In this document: piece after piece, positions 52,159 to 64,000 of the stretch
How positions within the stretch are numbered: the stretch's first letter is position 1
Layout of the letters: every line of letters begins with the position of its first letter
Source of the DNA: Lama glama
Taxonomy: Eukaryota
Direction: 5' to 3'
NCBI GenBank assembly: GCA_028534125.1
Contig: CM052817.1
Span: 95,420,001-95,484,000, forward strand
DNA: 64,000 bases
Position numbers and translations under genes: made by a program
The notes under the pieces: generated by a model
What the model was told of the DNA's origin: nothing
Seen by the model: only the letters and a program-made list of their open reading frames with translations
Databases searched by the model: none

Positions 52159-53922
52159 ATTTAGGTGCTTTGGTGGGGGGGGGTTGTTTTGTTTTGTTTT
52201 CGTTTAAAAGTTCTTTGGAACAAATTGGTTCACCTACTCTTGGAGCTCCTTAGAAACAAAAATCAAAAACTGGGTAGAGATGTTAGATGTCCTCCTTTCC
52301 TGGGTCCTAAATCAGCTCATCTCTTCACACCTCCAGAGTCCTCCGGTTTGTCTTGCCTTACGTCCAGGGTTTAGAACCGTCCTGAGCAAGAGGAGGTGGC
52401 GAGAAACAGGGCTACATCGTCTTGTTCACATTAGAAACAGAGTATGTCTCTGCTGCCATTATTAAATGTTACTTTCCATTTAGAAAAGTAAAACAGTGCT
52501 CTTTGCCTAGTAAGTGAAAACATTATGAAACGAGATAGCCACTGCTAACATTGTGTGCTTCCTTCCAACCTCTAAATAAATAAATATAGATGCAGATCTA
52601 GGAACTCATTACGGGGAGATTTGATAACTGAGGCAGAAAGCGCTCAGATCTGCTGACTTCTCTGTTTTCTACCAGGCACCTCCGAGAGGAGCCACAGTGA
52701 CAGTCCCAGCTTCACAGAACGCCCTGCTGCCGCTTTCCTGCCTAATTACCAATTTTCCCTCGACCACCGATTAAATAATGCTTCCTTTCCCCATTTATTT
52801 GTGATGCCATCTTTATCATATACACATTGTTTTGTTGGTGTTATAAATCAGGCATTTTTATTGTGCCATTATAATTAGTTTTGTTGCCATAAAGCGAAGT
52901 GATTCATGTATATCAATTTGTTCTATTTTGGCTTTCTTAGTAAAGTCTCTGTGTAAGAAGCTTGTCAGTCTTACCAACTGTGACCCCTTCTTTGGTGAGA
53001 CCTTATGCAAGCTCTCATATCTGGGCAGAGTGAGTGGAAGTTTTATGACACCAGGAAATGGAGACCAATCAAGGGATTTTGGTCTCCTTTTATTCCTCAT
53101 CAAATACTACCCAGCATATTCAAACAAGCGCTTCCTTGCTTCCAGCCCTCTTGTGAAGGAGAGGTTTCTTCAAATGCCACCTTGGGACCACTGCCTTACT
53201 CATCACGAACAGGAGTTGTCCCAACCCTGCTACCACCTCCTCTGGGTCCGCACCTGTGTGCTGGAGGTACCCTCCCGTCTCAGTACCCTTACCAGTGAGA
53301 AGTGTTCAGTGGTGACTTCCAGAAACAACTTCAGCCTCATTAAGGCGAACTTGTAAACCTACACTCGAAATAATAAATAGTAAGAAGCATAATTTCTAGA
53401 CAAATAAAATCTTTAACAAGAATTACTTAAACATTAAACGATCTTCTCATGTTGCGTTACGTGTAATTTATTTTCTGGGAATGAGCACACAAATCTTAGT
53501 GTGACTTAATTCAGAATAATGTCGCAGTTTATTAATGCCATATATTCCTGTGAGAAAGAATGAAGACTACTCTGGAATTGCCAAATGCTTCTCAAGAGCC
53601 TCAGATGACACTCTCTTATTAGTTCTAAGAGTTTTAAAATTAATTTTCATGGTAGACAACAATGCTGTCAGGAAATAAAAACAGTTTGGTTGCTCTAAGT
53701 CAATGTCTAGACCTTATAAATATAACGTTAAGATGTTAAATCAAATAGGTCATTGGAGAAAAGCCACATGACCATCTGATTATATAAAAAGAAAGACATT
53801 TGATAACATTTATCATTCATTCTTGACTAAATTTTTAAAGTTATAGCACACAAGGAATAAGATGCTTCCCCAAAATGACCAAGCTGATGTCACTTTAATA
53901 GTTAATATTAAAATATCTTTGA

Positions 53923-54016
53923 AGGGGCAGAAGTGTAGCTCAGTGGTAGAGCACATGCTTAGCATGCATGAGGTCCTGGGTTCAATCCCCAGTATCTCCA
54001 TTAAAAATAAATACAA
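53923..54016 (+). mobile_element. Vic-1-like SINE (short form)
   Basis: tagctcagtggtagagcacatgcttagcatgcatgaggtcctgggttcaatccccagtatctcc; TSD AAAATA(T/C)CTTTG. Confidence 0.9.
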
Positions 54017-54019
54017 AAA

Positions 54020-55500
54020 ATACCTTTGCATTTCTAGAATAAGCCATGAGTTTTATGTTGGCTTTTTGTATCTTTCCTATGATTTGTCAATGTAGTGACT
54101 TATATTAATTGACTTTCTAATTAAAACCAAACTTACATTCTGGAAGAAACTCAACTTGGTCTTGAATTACTGTACTTTTTATACCTTGCTGTATTTGATG
54201 TTAGTTTCAATTAGGATGTATGCACCTAAATTCCTGTTTCAGGCTGGCCTCTATATACCTTTCTTGAAAGGTTTTTCATATCCAATGTCTGGTGCATAGA
54301 AACATCGTCAGTTCAGAAACACCTTAAATTCATGGCTTCAGGGTTTTAGACCACCTTGGAGATGTAAATACGGTGTGGAAACTCCTGAAGCATTTATATA
54401 GTTGCAACTTTTCAGGAGTGGTTTTTCATTTCCTGTCCCTGCTCTGCTTGGAGCCAAAGGCAACCCTCCTCGCAGCAGTGTGCATGTTCACTGCTGGCTC
54501 ATCCTTCCCTTTGGGATCTGGCAGAAGGATCCCCTTTTAGGTCTTCACCTTGGGTAGACCCTGGGCTTTGATTTCTGTTGTCCACGCACTCCAAGGCTAC
54601 TGCTAAAACCAAAATTTGCTGGTTTAGCAAATGTTCTTAGGGCAAAAGCAGTTCAAGTGCCTTGCTAATATTTCTGGGGACCCTTCTCTGTGTAGATTTT
54701 GGCTTGGAACTTTCTTACTACTCCATCAGATCTCTGCTGCTTGTAACCTTGTTTTTATGTGCTATCCATCCTTTTAAGTTGTTCTTCCCTTCACCTGGGA
54801 GGGTTGAGCTGAGTAAGATAGCCATCCATATGATGGGAAATGGAGGTCTTCTACAATAAACAAAAAAATCGTATTTAATCTTTCTTACTCCTAATGTATT
54901 AATGTGTGCATGCATGTGTGGGTTTCTTAAATAGAAATTCCCAGGGTATTTTCATATTATTTTTCCTCCAAAGATGTAACTCTTGGTCCACTTACAACTC
55001 TAACAGTTTCATAATTCTTTAATTTCTTTTATCTTTATTTCCTTTCTCATGGTTTTTTTTAATTCTCTTTTTCTAACTTGTTAAGTTGAATACTTAGTTC
55101 ATTTACTTTTAGGCTTTCTTTTTTAAATATTGAAAATATTTAAATAATGAACTTGTTTTTGAGTTCATTGTTGACTGCATCCATTAATTTTCCCATTTCA
55201 CATCCTCCTTTTGTAAAGGATCTGTAATTGTAGTTTTGATTTCCTTTTTGTTCTAAGAATGATCTGGAATAATTTCCTTCCTCAAGTTCCAAATGTTTGC
55301 ATTTTTACTTCTTGTTTGATCATTTATTATTAATTTTGATTGTATTTTATTACTTTTAGAGAATGTGACCTGATCAGTTTCAGATTTTTTAAAAAATTTA
55401 CTGAACTTTTTGTGGCCTAATATGTTACCAATTTTAACATATACTATATATATTCTTGTCAAAAAGAAGTAAGGATGCATAGGGTCTAATATTCAAGATG
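54020..55500 (-). mobile_element. Patchy, decayed antisense L1M remnants (~54020-54270 and ~55050-55500)
   Basis: T-rich L1-like text (attgactttctaattaaaaccaaacttacattctgg; actgaactttttgtggcctaatatg). Confidence 0.5.
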
Positions 55501-55572
55501 AACATAGATAGATGATAGATAGAAAAATAGAAAAATAGATAGATACTAATCTTAAAAATTATAGTCACCTGA

Positions 55573-55697
55573 TGGGGGAGGGTAGAGCTCAGTGGTAGAG
55601 TACATGCCTAGCACGCATGAGGCCCTAATTTCAATCCCCAGTACCTCCACTTAACAAAAAAATTCAATAAATAGATAAGCCTAATTAGTTCCCCCTG
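55573..55697 (+). mobile_element. Vic-1-like SINE (long-tail form, almost no A tail)
   Basis: gggggagggtagagctcagtggtagag...ttcaatccccagtacctcc; 18-bp TSD AAAATTATAGTCA(C/T)CTGA at 55555-55572 and 55698-55715. Confidence 0.92.
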
Positions 55698-56540
55698 AAA
55701 ATTATAGTCATCTGAGGGGTTTTTTCCTACTTGATTTATCAGGTCATTAATTCAAATGACACAGGTATAAAATGTGAATCTTTCTTAGGGGTACCACGTC
55801 CAACCCTTTCCTTTACATTACTTTAGAACACAATATTTCCACTAACTAAATGCTACTTGAAAGGGGAAAGCACATGGTTAGTGGTTGTAACAAGATTATT
55901 TCCTCTGTCAAATTTTTATTCCCTGTACCTCTTTCTCACTGAATACGTATCAACTATGGTCTTTCTGTGCCTTGTCTCTCCCGTGAACAACACGATGATT
56001 GTGTTTTTTCTTTAAGCCTTGGACACTCCCGGGTCTTTTTCCTAGTAACCATATATTTAGGGGAAAAATGGGGAAGAATGATATTTCTAACTAGTATTTT
56101 GACTTTGGAAAGTACCCCCCCCCCTTACCACTTCCTTAATCATTATATTGATAAGATTTTTTTAAAAATAGGAATAAAATGGCTCCTCATAGAAAATTTG
56201 GAAACAGCATCTGCAACATTAAATGGCAGGAAAAAAAAGGCGCATATAACCTCATCACTCCAAGGCAACCACTGTTAACTAGTTGTGCTTGTTTCCTTCT
56301 ATTTTTTTTTTCAGTAATTGTTTTCACATAATTGAGATCAATTTTGTGGTCTGACTTTACCAGTATTACATCATAGGCATGTTCCATTATTAAAAACTAT
56401 CCATCAAACTTATGATTAAATGCCTCGCTAACATTTCACTATTTACTAAATATTTCTTTACTCACAGAATGTAATTTTCAACTTCTCTGTGTTATTAATG
56501 ATGCTTTGATGAAATTCTCTTCTCTTTTTCTTCAATAATA

Positions 56541-56707
56541 CAGTGGACCTTGAGCTTTCAGGTGCTTCACAGGCACCTAGGGAGCCCCATGACCAGAGCT
56601 TCTGGTTCAGTAAGTCTAGGGGTGGGACCAAAGAATGTACATTTCTAATGATTTTAGGTGATGCTGATGGCGCAGGGACCACGTTTGGAGAGTCAGTGGA
56701 ACCACTG
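56541..56707. mobile_element. MER5A-like hAT MITE
   Basis: cagtgg...ccagagcttctggttcagtaagtctaggggtgggaccaaagaatgtacatttctaa...ggtgatgctgatg...ggaccacgtttggaga. Confidence 0.75.
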
Positions 56708-57524
56708 CAATTAACAGAATGTGTGTGGATTTGCCTCAGTACATTTCTGAGAAACAACGCTTCTTCCTTCAACAGTAGGTTATATCTTTGCTATTGCAGG
56801 ACGGAAAAATAGTAATGTTTATTCTGGTTAGAAAAGGAAGTAGTGATGTCTATTTAAAGGTTCTGTAAAATCTTTTAGTCCCTGGCTTTTGCTAAGCCAT
56901 TTGCACTTACTGTGGAATCTTACTGGAACAGTTACCATTTGACCCTGGAGCTACATCACTATACAGCTGGTCTCTTGCTTTATTATTATAATTTTTTTGT
57001 AAGTCACCTGCTCTCATTTAATTCACTTCCTTTGGTGTTTTCCTTCCTGTGGGAAATCTCTGACATCTGTCCCACATACTTCACGAATACAAAGGCTCAT
57101 CTTTTATCTTTTTATTTTTAACTTTTATGAGTGAGTTACTCTTACCCTTTTTGTAGTTGTGATCTTTTCATTCCTTATGTTTTAAAAAGACTCTCTAGAC
57201 TGTTAAGTTTTATGGCTGCTTTTAAAAAAAAATTCTTATTTTTTTAACACCTTTAATTATATTCTGTTGGCATTTATATTTAGGTCTGAGCCCAATGTCA
57301 AGTACTAGCAGCACATGGCTGCCCACCTCACTGGCACCATCATGTGGTGAGATTGTGCATCACCTTGGAAAATCTGCCGCATATCCTGAGACAGGGTGCC
57401 ATTGTATCACACCGTATAGAGAGAACGCTGAAATCAGAGAGGTCTTTATAAGCTGGGGGATCTGAAATAATCCTGTTCCTGTAGTAATACACAGCAAAAT
57501 GGGGGCTAGTGAACACCAACAATT

Positions 57525-57750
57525 AAGTATGTGGACACTGGAGTCAGGGACATGAGTTCAAACCCTGGCTCTCCTACTCGTAATGATACGAACTTGGGCA
57601 AGGGATTGGTCTCCTTGAAATTGTTTCCTCCGAAGTATGGGGATACCAGTAGCATCTATTTCACAGGGATGTTGAGAAGAACAATTAATACGATAGTTGT
57701 AATAGTCAGCACAATGGCCATCAAATAGTTTAGTAACACCAGCTATCCTT
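57525..57750 (+). mobile_element. MIR SINE
   Basis: gtggacactggagtcagggacatgagttcaaaccctggctct...aacttgggcaag...tctatttcacagggatgttgagaag. Confidence 0.7.
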
Positions 57751-58253
57751 AGCCGCTAACACATCGCCACACTTGGTTTTCCCCTCACATTCAAACCCAG
57801 AATAGGAGACTCAGGAAAGAATAATTCCCCTGAGAGTTGAGAGAATTATACTCAAACGATGTAATTATTTTTAGAATGATTGGAGGTAGCAAGAAGTTAA
57901 AAACTGTACCAGGTAGATACTAAAAAAAATTTTAGATAAAAATAATTCCTTATAGAAAACAAGGAAGAAAACCTCTGGGGAAGAAAAGGTCCTCTAACCT
58001 CTACTTACAAAGGGAAATTTTAAATTTTTATGGCTAAATTTAACCATAATTTATAGTCAAAATAAATAATTATGGGGGAGTAACTTAAAAGCCTTTTTAA
58101 GGGTGGTTAGAAAACTTCTAAATATTAAAAATGATTTACAGCCCCACATCCTTTCAAAGGTCTATTAAACAGAAATGTCTACTTTTTTAAATCCTTGAAA
58201 AAGACAGGAAAAATTTGGATTCTGGAAATTTTTCTATTAAAAATGAGTTTTAA

Positions 58254-58412
58254 GAGGGGAGGGTATGGCTCAGTGGTAGATGTTTGTGCTAACATACATG
58301 AAGCTCTGGGTTTATTCCCTAGTACTTCTATTAAAATAAATAAACCTAATTACCTCCCCCCACCAAAACAGTGAAAAAAAAAAACAAACAAAAAGCAAAA
58401 TTAAAAAAAAAA
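58254..58412 (+). mobile_element. Vic-1-like SINE (long-tail form, more diverged)
   Basis: ggggagggtatggctcagtggtaga...ctgggtttattccctagtacttc...aaataaataaacctaattacctccccc plus a long A-rich tail. Confidence 0.88.
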
Positions 58413-59019
58413 AGAATTTTATTTGAATAGAAAAATAGGATGAAAAGATACTTAAGATCATGAGAATAAAGCATATGAGGCATTCCACCCCCTTCCTTTA
58501 AAATTGTGCATCATGATTAAACAGAATGGATAATCTTGCCAGAACCAGAATCTTCCATTCAGTTTCCAGACTGTAGTTTCTTTAGATAGTTAGCATCATT
58601 CAATAAGTTTTTGTGATGCCATTATGCAAATGTAGTCTATGTTCATTATCTTTCTACTTACTAAATTCATCCAAAGCTGTCCAGGAACAGATTTTCTGTT
58701 TTGTCAACTACACCCACAGTCTTGTTCCCAGATTTTTCATCAGCATTTGCAGACTATGAGGGAAAGAAAACAAGAAATGGGAATGATTTCATGAATTTTA
58801 AGTACACCATAACACTTTTTCAGTGCAATATTCATGTATGTATGTAACAGCCGCCTAGAGTCGCTCCCAGCATACAGGGCAGTGCCAGTTGGTTAGAATG
58901 TGATATTAGTACGTCCGTAATCAATTCCTGTGTGATTCACCTGGCTGTGTGGAAAAGCAAAACATCTTCAGTGTCAACCTGAACTTCTGAGGCAAGCAGT
59001 CTAGGAAAATCTATGCCTT

Positions 59020-60400
59020 TGATTATTGAAATTTGGGGATTTTCCAGAAATCTATTATTGAGTTCTATTTTAATTTCATTGTGGTCAGAGAGCAAATTTT
59101 GCATGATCTGAATCCTTATAAATGAATTGAGACTTGTTTCTGCCTAAAATATGTTTTTTCTTGGTATGTTCTGTGTGCACGAACATGGTCTATATCCCCA
59201 TTTACTTAGATCTTCCTTCATTCAGCAATGTTTTGTAGTTTCAGGGTATAGCTCTTGAATATCTTTCATTAAGTTTATTCCTAGGTATTTTTAATACTAT
59301 TATGAATGATACATTTAAAAATTCTGTTTTCCAATTGCTGCTGGTTAACATATAAAAGAATTGATTTTTATATGACCTTTTATCCTATGAGCTAATTTCA
59401 ATGATTAATTCTAGTAGATTTCAAAGATTTTCTACTTGGATAATCTATTAATCTAAAGCATAGTTAAACTAGATTAATCTAAAGGCAATTAACTTAATAG
59501 TGTAAAAAATAGACTTCCTATGTAGACCATGTGAATACAGTTTTACTCTTGTAATCAATCTTTACATTTTTCATTATTTTAGTTAATTTTTGCCTCTTGT
59601 ACCGTCTAGGACCTCTGATACACAGTCAAATAGAAGTGGTGAGAGTGAGAGCAGACATTCATTCTCACCTTCTTCTCAATCCTAGGGTCGACTAATTCTC
59701 CACTGATCATGATAGTAACTAATGGTCTTATAGTAGCTGTAGATTCCTTCATCATATGAACTTGGCTCTAACTTCCAGTTTTGTGGGGTTTTTTGGTCAT
59801 TACTTGGAAGTAAGGTGTCAAATTGTTCTTTCTGAATTTATTGAGATGATCTTTTTTTTCTGCTTTATTAATGTGGTTAAATTACATTGTTTGATTTATT
59901 AAATGCTGGGCAAGCCTTGCATTCTGGGAATAACTCCAGTTGGCCATTGTATTTTATCCTTTTATATATTGCTCTGTTCAATTCCCTAGTATTTTGTATA
60001 GGATTTTTGCATGTGTATTCATAAATGTGATAATGGTCTGTAATTTTTTTTCTTCCAATGTCTTGGTCAGATATTTCTATCAGGGTTATGCAGTCATTGT
60101 AACATTTACTGGATAGCTTTCTCTCCTCCTCTATTTTCTCAGAGTTTATAAGAGATTGACATTATGTGTTCTTTAAATGTTGATAGAATTCACCAGTGAA
60201 GTCATCTGGGCCTGGAGTTTTCTCTGTAAAATGGTTTTCAGTTTTGAATTCAAATTCTGAAATAAATATATAACTACTCAGATTTTCTATTTCTTCTTAG
60301 TCAGTTTTGATAAATTTTACTTTTCAAGGAATTTGTTCATTTATTTTATCAAATTTTATTGACCTAAATTTGTTTACAATGTTCTCCTGTTATGATTTTT
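59020..60400 (-). mobile_element. Decayed L1M ORF2 remnant
   Basis: taggacctctgatacacagtcaaatagaagtggtgagagt; gatagaattcaccagtgaagtcatctgggcctggagttttc. Confidence 0.75.
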
Positions 60401-60403
60401 AAC

Positions 60404-60597
60404 TAGGAGCTTTCAACCTCAGTGCTATTGATATTGGGCAAGAACACTGCTGTGGGAGGCTGCCCTGTGCACTGCAGAATGTTTAGCAGCATCCCTGATC
60501 TCCAGCCCCTGGACACTCACATTGTGACAACCAAAACTGTCTGTAGACACCGCCAAATGTACCTTGGGGACAAAACAGCTCTGGCTGAGAATCAGTG
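60404..60597. mobile_element. MER20 hAT MITE
   Basis: tttcaacctcagtgctattgatatt...gctgccctgtgcactgcagaatgtttagcagcatccctg...ttgtgacaaccaaaa...gccaaatgt...ctgagaatcagtg. Confidence 0.88.
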
Positions 60598-61182
60598 TTT
60601 TAATGTCCAAAGGATCTTTAGTGACCTTTCATTCCATGTACTGGTAATCTGTCCCTTTACTTCTGACTAATTTTGTTAAGACCATTGTAGGGTGTACAGA
60701 AGCAGGCTCTGCCCCAGATTTGACCTATGGATCATTTTGCTGACTTTGACTTAGATGATTAACTCTTCTAATAAAGGAATGAAAGAAACTATAAACTTCC
60801 CCTCTAAGAATACTTTGTATCATAAGTTTTAAGATGCTCTGCTGTGTTGATGGGTATTTTTTTAGCCAATTAACAGATATAAAGAGTATTGTTTATCTAT
60901 GGAGTTAACATATGGACATTATTTAGTGTTATTTCGACAAAATTGCTTACAAATGGATTTTTGGTTCTATAAGAAACAAGCAAGGAACAATATTAATGTA
61001 ACAATATAATAAAATTTACATAAATATTTTCTCCCAACTCGATGACAAATTGATATAAATGCCTGTAATGTGGCAGCAATGTTCATTTTGCTCTTCTAAG
61101 AAAAGCCAGTCTGCATCATCTGAGAACACTGACCAGGACGAGAAAATTTCAATATTACAGCACCTTATCGAGTACTGATTTG

Positions 61183-61196
61183 CTGCCACCTGCTGG
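61183..61196 (-). promoter_or_regulatory. Candidate CTCF core motif CCAGCAGGTGGCAG
   Basis: Reverse complement of ctgccacctgctgg; full match to CCASYAGRKGGCRS. Motif match only. Confidence 0.55.
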
Positions 61197-61590
61197 GAGG
61201 CAGAAATGGGTTTCTAGCATCCTTAAAGGGCAAGAATGATGGCCCTACAGGTTGTAAAACTTTGTCCCATAAAGTGAAACATAATGTAGGTACCTTTAGG
61301 TCTGAAAGAAATCAATAATCCTAGAATATAAATGAACTGCATATAAAGAAAAATACGATCTGTGTATAAAAATGGGAGTGTATTATTTTAAGAGAAAGTA
61401 AGATGGGATATTTGCATTTACCATGAATGATGTAAAGTTCCTGAAAATGGTGAGCCCCTCAGGTATTGATTCTGTATTTGTGTAAAGGTAATTAACCACT
61501 TGACTGGGGCTAATGGAGAAACTTAAGATCTGATGAACCACTGCTCAATGAAGATGAGTGAAAAATAAAGCTAAATCTAATGATAACAGC

Positions 61591-62514
61591 GTGATGGACA
61601 GAATTAACAGCCCCTCAAAGACATCCATGCCCTCATTCCCGGTGCCCAAGAGAGTGAAGCCTTGAGCCCAGAGAGCAGAACCAAGAGCCACAGATTACTC
61701 CTTGAGATTCTGTGGAGACTGCCAGATTGGATTTTTGAAATTGTTTGGGCTTGTGACTCCCCTTTTCCTTCCATTTTCTCCCTTTTTGAATGGGAACGGC
61801 TATACTTGCTCTCCTGTGCCTTCTCCTCCACCGTATTTTGGGAGCAGACAACCTATTTTCTGGTTTCACAGGTCTACAATGGAAAGGGATTTTTGCCCCA
61901 GATTATACTCAGAGCCTCACCTATCTCTAATTTAGATTGAGATATTTGAGATTTTGGAGGATTAAATGAGATGCTGTAATGGGTTGAAAATGTGGGAGAC
62001 TTTTAAAGGGGGTGAATAGATTTTGCATGTGAACAGAAATGCATCTTTGAGAGTCAGAGGGTGGACTAGGGCAGGCAAAATGGCCCCTCCCAAAGATGTC
62101 CACACCCCAATCACCAGAACCTGTGAATAAGTTACCTTACGGAGAAAAAGGGACTTAGCAAATGTGATTAAGGTTAAGAACCTTGAGATACAGAGGTGAT
62201 CTGGGTGGGCCTATTTTAATCACATAAATCCTTAAGATTCTTTGATCGATGAAATCTTTGACCAAAGTTACTGGCTTTGAAGATGGAAGAAAGGGACCAC
62301 AAGCCAGGGAATGTAAGTAGCCTCTCGAATCAGGAGAAGATAAAGCAACGGATTCTCCCATAGTCTACAGAAAGAAATGCTGTCAGCTGACACCTTGATT
62401 TTACTCCAGTGAGACCTGTTCTGGACTTCAGACCTGTAGAACTTTAGTATATTTGTGATCTTTTAAACCAAGTTTATGGTAATTCTTTTTACAACAGCAA
62501 TAGAAAATGAATAC
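61591..62514 (+). mobile_element. Internally deleted MaLR provirus, MLT1D-like: 5' LTR stub, internal 3' segment, 3' LTR
   Basis: The LTR start appears twice: gtgatggacagaattaacagcccctcaaagacatccatgccctcattccc (61591-61645) and tagggcaggcaaaatggcccctcccaaagatgtccacaccccaatcacc (from 62068). MLT1-int-like text lies between; LTR ends acagcaatagaaaatgaatac. Confidence 0.78.
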
Positions 62515-62619
62515 TGTAGTAACAGCTAGCAATTACCATGTTCTACCACTACAGCAAGTGCTTCCCAGATAAGCCTTTCAAGAAAGGAAGCTAAAACACC
62601 TCTGAAATCATATTACATA

Positions 62620-63085
62620 ATCTGGCCGTGGCCACCTCTCTGACCTCATCTCCCACTCTCTCCCTTGATCACTACCATCCACTCACTCTAGTCTCCTTAC
62701 TGCCCTTTAAACATACCAAGCGCACAGTCTCCCCTTTTTAGTATGTACTTTCCTTAGATATCCCACACTCGTTTCTCACTTTCCTCAGGTCTCTGCTCAA
62801 ATGTCACCTTCTCAGTGAGACCTTCTTTGCTCACCTTATATAGGACAGTACACACCCACCCTCACTTGGCATTCACTAACCCCTAATCCCTAGTTTATTA
62901 TCCCATACAGCACTTACACAATCATTTGATACATATTTGTTTGTTTATTCTGTTTTTTCTTGCTCCCTAAATATAAGCTCTATGTGGGCAGGGGCTTTAT
63001 CTGTACTGATGACAGCTTTAGCTGCAGAACTTCAAATAGCATCTGGTACACAATAGTCACTCAATAAATACTGGCAGGAATAAAG
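62620..63085 (+). mobile_element. L2a-like 3' end
   Basis: cacctctctgacctcatctcc...ctcaggtctctgctcaaatgtcaccttctcagtgagacctt...tggtacacaatagtcactcaataaata. Confidence 0.8.
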
Positions 63086-63284
63086 GAACACTTAAAAAAC
63101 TACTGGCAGATTATAAGAATTCGCTTATGTTAACATTCTAATGCAAAATACATAGCGCAGAGCAGGGATCATTAGACGATACACATTAATGCTACTTTGG
63201 TTGGGAAACAGACCTGAGTGTACAGATTCAATGCCGTGCCTGTAAGAATGAGGCCATTTCCATAGAAAACAAACTTACGGGGTG

Positions 63285-63530
63285 GGGGGAGAATGGGGTA
63301 TGGAGGGATAAATTGAGAATTAGGGATTTGCAGATATTAACTACTATATGTAAAATGGATAAACAAGTTCATACTGAATAGCACAGGGAACTATATTCAA
63401 TATCTTGTAGTAACCTATAGTGAAAAAGAAGATGAAATGGAATATATACATGTATAAGTGAAACACTATGCTGTACACCAGAAATTAACACATTTTAAAC
63501 CAACTATATTTCAATTACAAAAAAAAATGA
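63285..63530 (+). mobile_element. Young L1 3' end
   Basis: gagggataaattgagaattagggatttgcagata...agcacagggaactatattcaata...caactatatttcaattac-A(n). Confidence 0.9.
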
Positions 63531-64000
63531 AAGCCCATTCATTTCTCAAGTGACTTCCTATAATTCTAAACATGGTACACCTTTTCTTAAGGTCATATTA
63601 TAAGCAAAACAGCATATAAATTAATTTTGCATTTTCTTATAAACATAATACATTTTATTTTTTTAAAAAGATAATTGCTACCTACATTTCCCCTCAACTT
63701 TTTAATTCTGAAAAATTTCAAACTTACGGAAGATTTGAAAGAAAAAACTGCAATTAACATAGTGCCATATTTTCTCTATACACAATTTTTTTTTGGCCTA
63801 GGTTACCTGAAAGCAGTTTGCAGATATCATGCATGCTAAACATTTTAGCATGCATCGCCTAAGAACAAAAGCATTTTTCTAATAACCTTAATATTATTAT
63901 CAGACCTGAAAAATGTAAGTCAACAATGTAATTCCATGTTCAAATTTCCCCAATTGTCCACAAACTCTCCTGTGTAACTTTTAAAAAATTCATACTCCTA

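Noticed and set aside
52928..53356. 142-aa ORF
   Set aside because: Non-ATG start, no recognisable homology and no supporting exon structure.
24126..64000. A second gene such as MMAA or a processed pseudogene downstream
   Set aside because: I recognise no coding exons or retrocopy; unannotated non-coding exons cannot be excluded by eye.

Overview
Mammalian genomic DNA with one 500-N gap (1361-1860). It holds the 3' part of SMAD1 on the + strand: five coding exons (7366-7623, 10110-10226, 13602-13823, 19295-19551, 22742-22885) covering the linker and MH2 domain and ending in SSVS-stop, then a ~1.2 kb 3' UTR with poly(A) signals near 24.1 kb. The MH1-encoding first coding exon lies upstream of the window. 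The remaining ~40 kb has no recognisable gene and is mostly transposon relics (L1, L2, MIR, MaLR/ERV LTRs, hAT MITEs and a fossil Charlie/Buster-type transposase). Ten copies of a tRNA-derived SINE resembling the camelid Vic-1 family suggest an alpaca or camel genome (inference). I found no convincing new multi-gene system. The most interesting points are a TAGCAG tandem acceptor in the SMAD1 linker, a cryptic stop-introducing acceptor before the last exon, miRNA seed sites in the UTR, CpG-rich patches inside ancient repeats, a convergent pair of CTCF-like motifs, the transposase fossil and nested L1 insertions. Repeat family names come from recalled consensus similarity, and old-repeat boundaries are approximate.
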